From Thermoanaerobaculia bacterium (lineage in GTDB: Bacteria > Acidobacteriota > Thermoanaerobaculia > Multivoradales > Multivoraceae), in NCBI GenBank assembly GCA_963666565.1, contig OY762911.1:1248001-1312000 (forward strand): DNA of 64,000 nucleotides, in the 5' to 3' direction. A program made the position numbers and the translations under genes. The notes beneath the pieces are model-generated. The model was given only the letters and a program-made list of their open reading frames with translations. It was not told the DNA's origin and made no database searches. Shown one piece after another: positions 1 to 8,923 of the stretch. Position 1 is the first letter of the stretch. Each line of letters begins with the position of its first letter.

Positions 1-2
1 CT

Positions 3-719
3 CGCTTCTGGCTGCCCGAGTCGCGGCCCCGAGGGGATGGCGCCCAGGCGGAGGACCCCCGCTACTCGATCCTCGCCGCCATCGGCCGGGTGGCCGTTCA
101 ACCGCTGCGTCCGCTCAACCTGCTGATCTGGATCTACGCCGCCGGCCAGATCGGCATGGCGGGCATGACCGCGATCGTCGGCCTCTACCTGGGGCGGCGC
201 TTCGGCGTGGACGAGTCGAACATCGGCCTGTTCTTCTTCTACCTGGGCGGCCTGTCCATCGCTTTCCGCGTGCTCGTTCTGGGACGGGCGGTCCGCCGCT
301 ACGGCGAGCTTGCCGTGCTGCGCGCCGGCGCCGTCAGCTTCGGCGTCGGCCTGATCGCCATCCCGTTCGCCACCGGTCTCTGGACGCTCGGAGCGGCGAT
401 CTTCCTGGTTCCGCTGGGCACATCCCTGCTCTTCCCCTGCACGACGTCCCAGGTCTCGAAGCGCGCCCCCGGAAGCGGCGTCGTCGGGCAGGTGCTCGGC
501 GTCCAGCAGGCGTACGGTAACGCCAGCAAGATCGCGGCGCCGCTGGTCGCGGGCTACCTTTTCCAGGCCGTGTCGCCGGAAGCGCCGTTCGTCGTCATCG
601 GAGCGGTGCTCCTGGTCGCAGCGGCCGCGTCCACCCGCCTTCGCGGCTTGTCGAGCCGACGCGAAGCGGAACGTCGCGCTGCGGCGAACGGATCCGCTCC
701 CCCCGCGGGAGATCGGTGA
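3..719 (+). CDS. MFS transporter, TetA/DHA1-like (5'-truncated by window edge)
   Basis: Frame is open from position 3 (RFWLPES, the typical end of TM6 in TetA-like MFS proteins); six hydrophobic segments follow, with a GQVLGVQQ...APLVAG C-terminal pattern. Confidence 0.8.
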   Translation, partial: RFWLPESRPRGDGAQAEDPRYSILAAIGRVAVQPLRPLNLLIWIYAAGQIGMAGMTAIVGLYLGRRFGVDESNIGLFFFYLGGLSIAFRVLVLGRAVRRYGELAVLRAGAVSFGVGLIAIPFATGLWTLGAAIFLVPLGTSLLFPCTTSQVSKRAPGSGVVGQVLGVQQAYGNASKIAAPLVAGYLFQAVSPEAPFVVIGAVLLVAAAASTRLRGLSSRREAERRAAANGSAPPAGDR

Positions 720-729
720 AACACGCGGG

Positions 730-838
730 CCAGGAGCTTGCGCCGCAGAACGCAGCGAAGCAAGTCTGGGGCGCAGGCGCCGCCGTGCGGACGGGATGGG
801 CCGAAGCACCGAGTCCGCGAGGGGTTTCGGGGCGCTAG
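730..838 (+). repeat. ~110-bp two-hairpin element, copy 1 (family 2)
   Basis: 739-761 is an exact 23-bp reverse-complement match to 62526-62548; similarity extends to the terminal GGCGCTAG; the stems show compensatory changes. Confidence 0.75.
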
Positions 839-864
839 GCTTCCCGTCACAGGAGGTACAGGCC

Positions 865-1953
865 ATGCCCGATTTCTCGTTGTCCGCGCTGTCGGCCGGC
901 GCCCTGCTCGAGGCGGCGGGGATGCTGCTGCTGTTCATCGGGTTTCTCTTCGCGGGCTCGAAGGTTCTGCCGGGGCAGAGGGTTGCCGGACCGGAGCTCG
1001 AGGGGGAAACGCGCGTCTACAAGCTGAACGGCCTTGCCCTGTTCCTGGTCACGGTGACTCTGGGAGTCCTCGCCCAGGGGTTCGGGTGGTTCTCCTTCTC
1101 CGTGCTGCACGCGCGCTTCGCCGCCTTGTTCGTCGTCGCGAACGTGTTCGCGCTTGCGGCGGCCGGCTGGCTTTACCTGCGGGGAGCGCGTGCCCGGAGC
1201 GCCTCGGCGGGAGACGGGCGCGGCTTCCTGATGGGCTCGGAACTCAATCCGACCCTCTTCGGGGTGGATCTGAAGATGTTCAGCTACCGCCCGTCGCTCA
1301 TCGGCCTGGCGGTGTTCAACCTCTCGTTCGGCGCGGTGCAGTACGAGGCCACCGGCCGGCTGACGCTGGCGATGGCCGTCTACCAGGCCATCACCTTCGC
1401 CTACGTGTTCAACTACTTCCAGTTCGAGCACGGCATGGTCCACACCTGGGACATCATCGCCGAGCGTTTCGGGCTCGGGCTGGTCTGGGGCGACTACGTC
1501 CTGGTGCCGTTCTTCTACTGCCTTGCCGGGTGGTGGCTGGTCGACGCGCCGGACACGCTGCCGCCGGCCGCGGCGGCCGGGATCGTCCTTCTCGCCGGCT
1601 TCGGTTTCTGGCTCTTCCGCGGCGCCAACGGGCAGAAGCACCGCTTCAAGCGGGACCCGAACGTCCGGATCTGGGGACGGCCCGCCGAGACCCTGGACGG
1701 TCGCCTGCTGGTGTCCGGCTTCTGGGGAATTGGCCGGCACCTCAACTACACCGGCGAGATCTGCGTCTACTTCGCGTTCACCCTGACCACCGGGTTCGGC
1801 TCGTTCTGGCCCTACCTGCTGCCCGCGTGGCTCACGGGGCTGCTCCTGCACCGTTCCCGGCGGGACGACCGCCGCTGCCGCGCCAAGTACGGCGAACTCT
1901 GGGAGCGCTACACGAAGCGCGTGCGCTACTCGGTGCTGCCGTTCATCCCGTAG
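865..1953 (+). CDS. ERG4/ERG24-family sterol reductase (Delta14-sterol reductase-like)
   Basis: Motifs TWDIIAERFG, GANGQKHRFK, LLVSGFWGIGRHLNYTGE and RDDRRCRAKYGELWERY; multi-TM; AGGAGG at 851-856 precedes ATG 865. Confidence 0.9.
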   Translation: MPDFSLSALSAGALLEAAGMLLLFIGFLFAGSKVLPGQRVAGPELEGETRVYKLNGLALFLVTVTLGVLAQGFGWFSFSVLHARFAALFVVANVFALAAAGWLYLRGARARSASAGDGRGFLMGSELNPTLFGVDLKMFSYRPSLIGLAVFNLSFGAVQYEATGRLTLAMAVYQAITFAYVFNYFQFEHGMVHTWDIIAERFGLGLVWGDYVLVPFFYCLAGWWLVDAPDTLPPAAAAGIVLLAGFGFWLFRGANGQKHRFKRDPNVRIWGRPAETLDGRLLVSGFWGIGRHLNYTGEICVYFAFTLTTGFGSFWPYLLPAWLTGLLLHRSRRDDRRCRAKYGELWERYTKRVRYSVLPFIP

Positions 1954-1996
1954 CCGCGGAGGCTGCCGGAAACCGCAAGTTCGACCCGGTCGGAGG

Positions 1997-2025
1997 TTGA
2001 CGCGGCGTTCTTCCTGTGAAAGGCT
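1997..2025 (+). promoter_or_regulatory. putative sigma70 promoter for the tRNA
   Basis: TTGACG (1997-2002), 17-bp spacer, TGn-AAGGCT (2020-2025). Confidence 0.4.
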
Positions 2026-2037
2026 CCTCCGTCCTGA

Positions 2038-2114
<77 letters not shown>

Positions 2115-2124
2115 AGTCTTCAGA

Positions 2125-2150
2125 GGCGCGGCCTTCGGGCCGCGCCCTTT
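2125..2150 (+). terminator. intrinsic terminator after the tRNA
   Basis: GGCGCGGCC-TTCG-GGCCGCGCC perfect 9-bp stem followed by CTTT. Confidence 0.75.
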
Positions 2151-2205
2151 CGCATGTAAGCGGGGGCTTCCCGGCGGCGGTTATCGCTCGTGTAGGCTCT
2201 CTCTC

Positions 2206-2556
2206 GTGTCGCCGACGCCGAAAGGGGGGCGCGAACGACTGCGGGAGCGCGTGGATCGTTGGCGCGAGAGGGCTCAGCGTTCGCTGCCGACGCTGATCGG
2301 CGTGGGGCTGGTCCTGGCCCTGCTGTTTCTCGCCAGGGCGGGCAGGGAAAGCTACGCGGGACTGGCCGAACTGGCGGAGCGCGAGGCGGAGCTCGAGATC
2401 GACCTGGAAGAGACGCGGGTGCGAGTGGAGCGCCTCCGGCGGACGGTGGAGCTGCTCCAGGACGATCCGGTGGTGCTGGAGCGGCTCGCGCGCGAGGAGC
2501 TGGGCCTCGTGAGGCCGGGCGACACGGTGGTCGTCCTGCCGCGGACGGACGACTGA
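2206..2556 (+). CDS. ftsB: septum formation initiator FtsB/DivIC
   Basis: One TM helix, coiled coil, LERLAREELGLVRPGDTV signature. Confidence 0.85.
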   Translation: MSPTPKGGRERLRERVDRWRERAQRSLPTLIGVGLVLALLFLARAGRESYAGLAELAEREAELEIDLEETRVRVERLRRTVELLQDDPVVLERLAREELGLVRPGDTVVVLPRTDD

Positions 2557-2571
2557 CGCCGACGCCCGCCG

Positions 2572-5500
2572 GTGTCCGCGTGGCGTGAACTGGGCCGCCG
2601 CATTCGCTGCGGCCGGGACTACCGCGAGCTGGCGGCGGCGGAGCGGGCGGCGGTCGCCGGTCTTCCGGTCCGTGCGGCGGCGCTCGTGTTCGAGCTGCTG
2701 GCGGACGACCGGGAGGGGCCGCAGCTCGTCGTCGTGCCGAGCGAGAACGAGGTCCTGGCCTGGACGGAGGCCGCGGGCCTGCTGCGCGGGCGGGACCCGG
2801 GGCGGGTCGTCCCCTTCCCGTCGCCGGCGCTGACGCCCTATCAGCAGGCGGAGGCCTCGCTGCTGGTGCGCGCCCAGGAGAGCACCGCCTACGACTCGCT
2901 GCTCAACGCGTCGCGGGTGACCGTCGTCTGCACGCCCCGCGCCCTGTTCCACCGCCTGGCCGAACCGGACGCGTTCCTCGCGTCGGTGGTCGAACTGGAG
3001 GTCGACGGCCAGGCGACGCCCGAGGACCTGTTGCCGCGCCTTCTGGCCCACGGCTACCGGCGGAGCGACCTCGTGGCGGCGGTCGGCGCGGTGGCGCAGC
3101 GCGGCGGCGTGTTCGATCTGTTCGCGCCCGGCGAACCCCGGCCGGCGCGGCTCGACCTGTTCGGCGACACGGTCGAGAGCATCCATCGGTTCGATCCGTC
3201 GACCCAGCGTTCCGAAGAACCGATCGGGTCCCTGCGCGTGCGGCCGCTGACGCCCTTCGCCGCCGGGCCGGAGCAGGCGGCCGCCCTGGCCGGCCTGCTG
3301 CTGGAGGAAGGCGGCGACGCGCTCTCGGACCGGGCCCGGGCCCAGTTGGACGACATGGCCGCGGGTGAGCCCTTCGACGGCTGGGAGAAGTACCTGCCCC
3401 TGCTGGCCCCGAGCACGAGTCTCGGCGAGGCGATGGCGGACGCTCCGGTCGTCGTGGTCGACCCCGAGCGGGTAAGCGGGGAAGTCGAACAGCACGCCGC
3501 GCTGCTCTGGGAGGAGTACGCCCGGCGGCGCGAGGACGGCGACCTCGCGGCCGAGCCCGAGCGGCTGACCGTGCCGGCGGACCAGGTGATGGAACTCGTC
3601 GAGCGGTCGGCCTTCCGGGTGGGCGGGACGTTCGATCCGGCCGCGGGCGGCCGGCGCGCCCGGGTCGACTTCGCCGCCGTCGAGACGGACGTCCTGATCG
3701 ATCAGCTTCCCCGTTTTCCGCGCGAAGTGGAGACGGCCGCCGCGCGCGGCGACGACCTCTGGCTGGTGGCCGGCGCCGAACGGCACGAGGCGCTCCGTCA
3801 GACGCTGGGCCGCCGGGAGATCGACTGGGACGGCGGCGCCGTGCGCCTGGTCGACGGCGAACTGGCCCGGGGCTTCCGCCTGCCGCGGGCGGGCGTGGTG
3901 CTGTACGGCGCCGGCCAGCTCTTCCGCCGGCGCCCCCGGGCGAGGCGCCGGCGCCGGATGGGTCCGTTCGTCTCCGGGCTGAGCGACCTGCGCGTGGGCG
4001 AGTTCGTCGTCCACGAGGACCACGGCATCGGCCAGTTCCTGGGGCTCAAGACCCTCGACGGCCCCTCCGGCGACGGCCCGCAACCCGGCGGGAACGGGCG
4101 CCGCCAGCGGCAGGCGCGCGCGGTCGAAGTGATGGAGCTTCTCTACTCGTCGGGCCGGACGCTGCTCCTGCCGCTGACCCGGCTGGACGAGATCGAGCGC
4201 TACAGCGGCATCGACGGCATCGCGCCCCGTCTCGACCGGTTGGGCGGCAGCAGTTGGGCGAAGAAGAAGAGCCGGATCCGGCGCAGTCTCAAGGCGATCG
4301 CCACCGACCTGCTGAAGCTCTACGCCGAGCGCCGGCTGGCGCAGGCGGTGCCGATGGGCGGGGACAGCGACCGCCAGCTCCAGTTCGAGAGCGCCTTTCC
4401 CTACGAGGAGACGCCCGATCAACTGCAGGCCGTGCGGGAGATCAAGGAGGACCTCGCCCGCGACCGGCCGATGGACCGCCTGCTGTGCGGCGACGTCGGC
4501 TTCGGCAAGACGGAGGTTGCGATGCGGGCGGCGTTCAAGGCGGTCGACAACGGGTTGCAGGTCGCCGTACTGGCGCCGACCACGATCCTCGCCGACCAGC
4601 ACCTGCGGACCTTCCGGCGGCGATTCCAGGGCTTCGGCGTCGAGATCGAGATGGTCTCCCGGTTTCGGTCGGCGGCCGAGATCCGGGCGATCCGGGCCCG
4701 GCTCGCCGCGGGCGAGATCCACGTCCTGATCGGCACCCACCGGTTGCTCGGCCGGGACATCGACATGCCGTGCCTGGGTCTGGTCGTGATCGACGAGGAG
4801 CAGCGCTTCGGCGTAGCCCAGAAGGAGCGGCTGCGCGAACTCCGGCGCAACGTCCACGTGCTGGCCATGTCCGCGACGCCGGTGCCGCGCACGTTGCAGC
4901 TATCTCTCGCCGGGGTGAGGGATCTCTCGCTGATCGAATCGCCGCCCCGCGACCGGATGGCGGTCGAGACCCGCATCCTGCCGTTCTCGGGCGATCTCGT
5001 CCGCGAGGCGATCGAGTTCGAGGTGGAGCGCGGCGGCCAGGTGTTCTACGTTTACAACCGGGTCGAGGACATCGAGGGGGTCCTCCGCTATCTGCGCGAG
5101 CTGGTGCCGGGGCTCAGGATCGCGGTCGGCCACGGGCAACTGGAAGAGGCGGAGCTGGGCCGGCGCATGCGCGCCTTCACGGTGGGCGACTACGACCTGC
5201 TGCTGGCGACGACGATCATCGAGAACGGGATCGACATCCCGAACGTGAACACGATGCTCGTACACCGCGCCGACCGGTTCGGCCTGGCCCAGCTCTACCA
5301 GTTGCGGGGCCGGGTGGGCCGCAGCGATCAGCTCGGCTACTGCTACCTGCTGGCGCCGCCGGACACCGTGCTCTCGGCGGAGGCGCGCAAGCGGCTCGTG
5401 GCGATCCGCGAGTTCACGGAACTCGGGGCGGGATTCCGCATCGCCGCCCGCGACCTGGAGATCCGCGGGGCGGGTAACCTGCTCGGCGCCGAGCAGAGCG

Positions 5501-6051
5501 GTCACATCGCCGAGGTCGGGATCGAGACCTACATGAAGATGCTGGAACAGGCGATCGCCGAACTGCGCGGCGAGGCGCCGTCCGAGGCGCCGTCCGCCAC
5601 GATCAGCCTGCCGTCGTCCATGTCGATCCCGGACGACTACATCGGCGAGGTATCGCTTCGGCTGGAGATCTACCGCCGTCTGGCGGACGTCGCGGAGGAT
5701 CCGGCGACGCTGCTGGCGGAGTTGCGCGACCGCTTCGGGCCGCCGCCGGAACCCGTCCACGCGCTGATTCAGGGCGCCGAACTGAAGCGGATCGCCGAGG
5801 GACTCGGCGTCCAGGCGATCGCGCACCGCAACGACCGGCTGACGATCCGGCTGCGCCGCGACGCGAAGGTCGACGTCGAGCGTCTGATCCGCTTCGTCTC
5901 GGAACGCGACGGCGCCGCCTTCGCGCCCGACGGCGTGCTGACGCTGCGCGACGTCCCGGGACGGGAGTCGATGGAGATCTCGCTCCAGTTGCTGGAACTT
6001 CTGGCGGGCGAACCGCAACGGCGCCTGGGCGGCGCGGAGACGGTCCATTGA
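2572..6051 (+). CDS. mfd: transcription-repair coupling factor
   Basis: UvrB-like N-terminus, CarD-like VVHEDHGIG, CGDVGFGKTEV, DEEQRFG, QLRGRVGR, TRCF C-terminus. Confidence 0.97.
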   Translation: MSAWRELGRRIRCGRDYRELAAAERAAVAGLPVRAAALVFELLADDREGPQLVVVPSENEVLAWTEAAGLLRGRDPGRVVPFPSPALTPYQQAEASLLVRAQESTAYDSLLNASRVTVVCTPRALFHRLAEPDAFLASVVELEVDGQATPEDLLPRLLAHGYRRSDLVAAVGAVAQRGGVFDLFAPGEPRPARLDLFGDTVESIHRFDPSTQRSEEPIGSLRVRPLTPFAAGPEQAAALAGLLLEEGGDALSDRARAQLDDMAAGEPFDGWEKYLPLLAPSTSLGEAMADAPVVVVDPERVSGEVEQHAALLWEEYARRREDGDLAAEPERLTVPADQVMELVERSAFRVGGTFDPAAGGRRARVDFAAVETDVLIDQLPRFPREVETAAARGDDLWLVAGAERHEALRQTLGRREIDWDGGAVRLVDGELARGFRLPRAGVVLYGAGQLFRRRPRARRRRRMGPFVSGLSDLRVGEFVVHEDHGIGQFLGLKTLDGPSGDGPQPGGNGRRQRQARAVEVMELLYSSGRTLLLPLTRLDEIERYSGIDGIAPRLDRLGGSSWAKKKSRIRRSLKAIATDLLKLYAERRLAQAVPMGGDSDRQLQFESAFPYEETPDQLQAVREIKEDLARDRPMDRLLCGDVGFGKTEVAMRAAFKAVDNGLQVAVLAPTTILADQHLRTFRRRFQGFGVEIEMVSRFRSAAEIRAIRARLAAGEIHVLIGTHRLLGRDIDMPCLGLVVIDEEQRFGVAQKERLRELRRNVHVLAMSATPVPRTLQLSLAGVRDLSLIESPPRDRMAVETRILPFSGDLVREAIEFEVERGGQVFYVYNRVEDIEGVLRYLRELVPGLRIAVGHGQLEEAELGRRMRAFTVGDYDLLLATTIIENGIDIPNVNTMLVHRADRFGLAQLYQLRGRVGRSDQLGYCYLLAPPDTVLSAEARKRLVAIREFTELGAGFRIAARDLEIRGAGNLLGAEQSGHIAEVGIETYMKMLEQAIAELRGEAPSEAPSATISLPSSMSIPDDYIGEVSLRLEIYRRLADVAEDPATLLAELRDRFGPPPEPVHALIQGAELKRIAEGLGVQAIAHRNDRLTIRLRRDAKVDVERLIRFVSERDGAAFAPDGVLTLRDVPGRESMEISLQLLELLAGEPQRRLGGAETVH

Positions 6052-6067
6052 ACTCGCGGCGATTCTC

Positions 6068-6111
6068 CGCTGGGTGCGCGGGTCTTCTGACCCGCTGCCG
6101 CCGCAGGCGGC
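6068..6111 (+). repeat. REP-like hairpin element (family 1)
   Basis: CGCTGGGTGC-GCGGGTC-TTCT-GACCCGC followed by a GCCGCC-GCA-GGCGGC hairpin, just after the mfd stop. Confidence 0.85.
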
Positions 6112-6131
6112 GTCAGCCCCGCGCCCCCGGC

Positions 6132-6965
6132 ATGCGGCAAGCGAAGGGGCGACTGTCCGCCTGGCTGCTGGCGGCCACTCTCCTGGCCTGTGCGGGCAGC
6201 CTGCCGGAAGGAGTCGTCGCGCGGATCGGCGGCGAGAACAAGACCTACGAGGACTTCGACCGCTACGTCCTGAGCGTTCTCGGGGTCGACGCCTCCAGGT
6301 CGAGCAGCGAGGTGCTGTCCCGGCTCTTCGAGCGGTTCGTGGACGACGAACTCCTGCTGCGCTGGACCCGGGACCGGGGGCTGGCCGGCGCGGAGGCCGG
6401 CGCCCACGAGGCCGCCGCCGCGCTGCTCGAATCGTCGCCGCCCGAGGTTTCACCGGCGGACGTCGAGCGCCACTACGCGGAGCATCGGAGCGAGTACGAG
6501 CGGCCCGCCCGGGCGCGCCTGCGCCAGATCCTGGTCGAGGACCGGGCCGGCGCCGACCGGGCGCTGGGCGAACTCGAGGCGGGAGTGGACTTCGGCGAAG
6601 TGGCGCGGATCCGTTCGATCGGCCCGAGCGCTCCCGACGGCGGCCTCCAGGGCGAACTGTCGCGGGAGGACCTGCCCGGAGCGCTGGCCGAGGCCGTGTT
6701 CGCGCTCGAGGAAGGGGAGTGGAGCGGCCTGCTGGAGGCCGAGTACGGCTTTCGGATCTTCCAGGTCGAGGGCTACCTGCCGGAGGAGACGCTGTCGCTC
6801 CAGGAGGCGGCGCCGTCCATCCGGTCCCGGCTGGTCGCGGAACGCAGCGACGCGCTGGTCCGCCGGACGGTGGAGGAGGCGAGGCGGGAATACAATCTGC
6901 GGGTAGCCGTTGCACGGTTGCCGTTCGAGTACCGCGGCCGCTACGGCCCACCCGCCGCCGATTGA
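6132..6965 (+). CDS. PpiC/parvulin-type peptidyl-prolyl isomerase, probable lipoprotein
   Basis: LLAC lipobox, ARLRQILV, FGEVARIRS...GGLQG, YGFRIF rotamase motifs. Confidence 0.8.
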   Translation: MRQAKGRLSAWLLAATLLACAGSLPEGVVARIGGENKTYEDFDRYVLSVLGVDASRSSSEVLSRLFERFVDDELLLRWTRDRGLAGAEAGAHEAAAALLESSPPEVSPADVERHYAEHRSEYERPARARLRQILVEDRAGADRALGELEAGVDFGEVARIRSIGPSAPDGGLQGELSREDLPGALAEAVFALEEGEWSGLLEAEYGFRIFQVEGYLPEETLSLQEAAPSIRSRLVAERSDALVRRTVEEARREYNLRVAVARLPFEYRGRYGPPAAD

Positions 6966-7000
6966 GGAACACGCCATGACTCCAGTTCGAGCAGCAGACT

Positions 7001-7047
7001 GTCTCCGGCCGCCAGGGCGGCGCCGGCCCGACGGCCGGCGCACCCGG
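7001..7047 (-). repeat. REP-like family 1 variant with exchanged stem
   Basis: Reverse strand reads CCGGGTGC-GCCGGCC-GTCG-GGCCGGC and then a GCCGCC..GGCGGC-type hairpin. Confidence 0.55.
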
Positions 7048-7062
7048 TGCGCGGCCAGTTCC

Positions 7063-8205
7063 ATGGGCGATAGCGCGGCCTTGCGGCGGCGATTGCTCGT
7101 GGCGTCGCTGCTGCTGGCGCTGAGCGTCGCTCCCGCCGCCGGGCAGCCGGCGCTCGACGCGGACAACCGCGTCATCCTCCGGGTCAACGACCGGATCGTG
7201 ACCCTTTACGACTACCAGCGGGCCGTCGCCGAACAGATCCGGGGCATCCGGAACACCCCCGGTCTCACCGAGCCGCAACGCCAGGAGCGGCTGGAGCAGG
7301 TCGGCCGTTTGATCATGAAGAGCATGTTCGAGGAGCAGTTGCTCCTCTCGCGGGCGGACCAGCTCGCGGTGGTCGTCGACGAGAGCGACGTCGAGCAGCA
7401 GATCCAGGCGACCTGGGAGCAGTACGGCTTCGAGAACAACGAGCAGTTCCGGGAAGCCCTCGCCCAGTCGGGCATGCGGGAGAAGGACTTCCGGGACCGG
7501 ACGCGCATCCAGTTGCGGTCCAACATCGTGCGCGGCCGCGAGGTGGCGCCCCGGATCGACCTCGCCGACGAGGACCTGCGCCGCTTCTACCGCGACAACC
7601 AGGAGCGCTTCCGCATTCCCGAGCGGGCACGGTTCGAGGAGGTGGTGATTCTCGACGCTGTCGTGCCGGCGGACCGGATGGCGCCGCTGGCGGCGCTGGC
7701 GCGGACCCGGCTGATGTCCGACGCGGTTGCCGCGGACGTGGCGGAGGGGCTTGGCGAAGGCGCGACCGCCGTCGACGTCGGCTGGGTCGCGCCGGGCGAC
7801 CTGGCGGCGGAACTGGACGCCGTCGCCTGGGACCTGCAGCCGGGCGGCGTAGCGGATCCCGTCGCCGCTCGCGGCGGCCTCCACGTGCTGAAGATGCTCG
7901 AGCGCGAACCCGCCTCGGTTGAGCCGTTCGAGGAGGTGCGCGAGGCGATCGAGCGCCAGGAGCGGGGCCGGCTCTTCGACGAGGAGTACGAGCTCTACCT
8001 GGAGGAGCTTGCCGACGCCGCCTACATCGTGGAGCGTCTGCCGGAGGAAGCGGTGGGCTACCGGCCGGTCGCGGCGCCCTCGCTCGACGCCGACGCTCTC
8101 GGACTGCTCAGCCGCTTCGGTCCGGACGCGAGCGCCGAGGCTGCGGAGGAACCCGCGGAGGAACCCGCGGCCGAAGAGACCGGCGACGGCGGCCCCGACG
8201 CCTAG
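7063..8205 (+). CDS. SurA-like periplasmic chaperone/PPIase (alternative start 6976)
   Basis: Signal peptide, NRVILRVNDRIVT SurA N-domain, DVGWV and GLHVLK parvulin motifs. Confidence 0.8.
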   Translation: MGDSAALRRRLLVASLLLALSVAPAAGQPALDADNRVILRVNDRIVTLYDYQRAVAEQIRGIRNTPGLTEPQRQERLEQVGRLIMKSMFEEQLLLSRADQLAVVVDESDVEQQIQATWEQYGFENNEQFREALAQSGMREKDFRDRTRIQLRSNIVRGREVAPRIDLADEDLRRFYRDNQERFRIPERARFEEVVILDAVVPADRMAPLAALARTRLMSDAVAADVAEGLGEGATAVDVGWVAPGDLAAELDAVAWDLQPGGVADPVAARGGLHVLKMLEREPASVEPFEEVREAIERQERGRLFDEEYELYLEELADAAYIVERLPEEAVGYRPVAAPSLDADALGLLSRFGPDASAEAAEEPAEEPAAEETGDGGPDA

Positions 8206-8221
8206 AGCTGACGAGGCAGCG

Positions 8222-8291
8222 CCTGCCTTCGGCCGGCGCTGCTTCCGGCCACCTTCGGCGGGAGCGGGTCAGAAGACCCGCGCACCCAGCG
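8222..8291 (-). repeat. REP-like family 1 element
   Basis: Reverse complement of the 28-bp core (8264-8291) plus downstream hairpins. Confidence 0.85.
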
Positions 8292-8337
8292 GAAAGCCGC
8301 CTCCGGCCGCAGCCGGTTCCATGCAGGCGTTCGGACT

Positions 8338-8388
8338 GTGGAGCAAAGTGGTCTGAAGTAGACAAATATGGCCTAACGGTGCTAGGCT
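8338..8388 (+). promoter_or_regulatory. dcw promoter with MraZ-type direct-repeat boxes
   Basis: GTGG/GTGG/GTAG/ATGG at exact 10-bp spacing (8338, 8348, 8358, 8368); -35 TAGACA 8359-8364; TGn-TAGGCT 8383-8388. Confidence 0.7.
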
Positions 8389-8448
8389 CCCGCGCCTGAG
8401 CGTCAGTTTTGGGCAATTTCGCCCACCCTGACGCTCGGTGCGCGAGCG

Positions 8449-8919
8449 ATGTTTCGAGGGCATGCAGAGGCCAAGATCGACGCCAAGGGCCGGCTCAAGG
8501 TCCCGAGCGTCTTCCTGCGCCCGCTCCAGGAGCGGTTCGGTCCGGACATCTTCACCACGTCGCTGCGCGGCGACTGCGCGTGGATCTACCCCCTGCCGGT
8601 ATGGGAGCAGGAGGAGCAGCGCCTGGGGCGGCTCCCGTCGTCGAACACCCGCCGCCGCGACTACCTCCGGCGGATCAACTACTTCGGCCAGCAGAGCCGG
8701 CTCGACTCCCAGGGCCGGCTGATGGTGCCGGGCCGGTTGCGCGAGCGGGCGGGCATCGATGGCGGCGTCGTCCTCTTCGGCAAGACGGACCACCTGGAGG
8801 TCTGGAACCTCGAGCGGATCGAGAACGAGATCGAGTCCCGGCCGTTCACGGACGAGGACCTCGACGAACTCACGCGGGACCTCGACGCGCTCGAGGCGAA
8901 CGGGAGAAGGGACGGCTAG
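8449..8919 (+). CDS. mraZ: transcriptional repressor MraZ
   Basis: MFRG...IDAKGRLKVP and LDSQGRLMVP repeats, HLEVWN; first gene of dcw. Confidence 0.95.
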   Translation: MFRGHAEAKIDAKGRLKVPSVFLRPLQERFGPDIFTTSLRGDCAWIYPLPVWEQEEQRLGRLPSSNTRRRDYLRRINYFGQQSRLDSQGRLMVPGRLRERAGIDGGVVLFGKTDHLEVWNLERIENEIESRPFTDEDLDELTRDLDALEANGRRDG

Positions 8920-8923
8920 CGAT

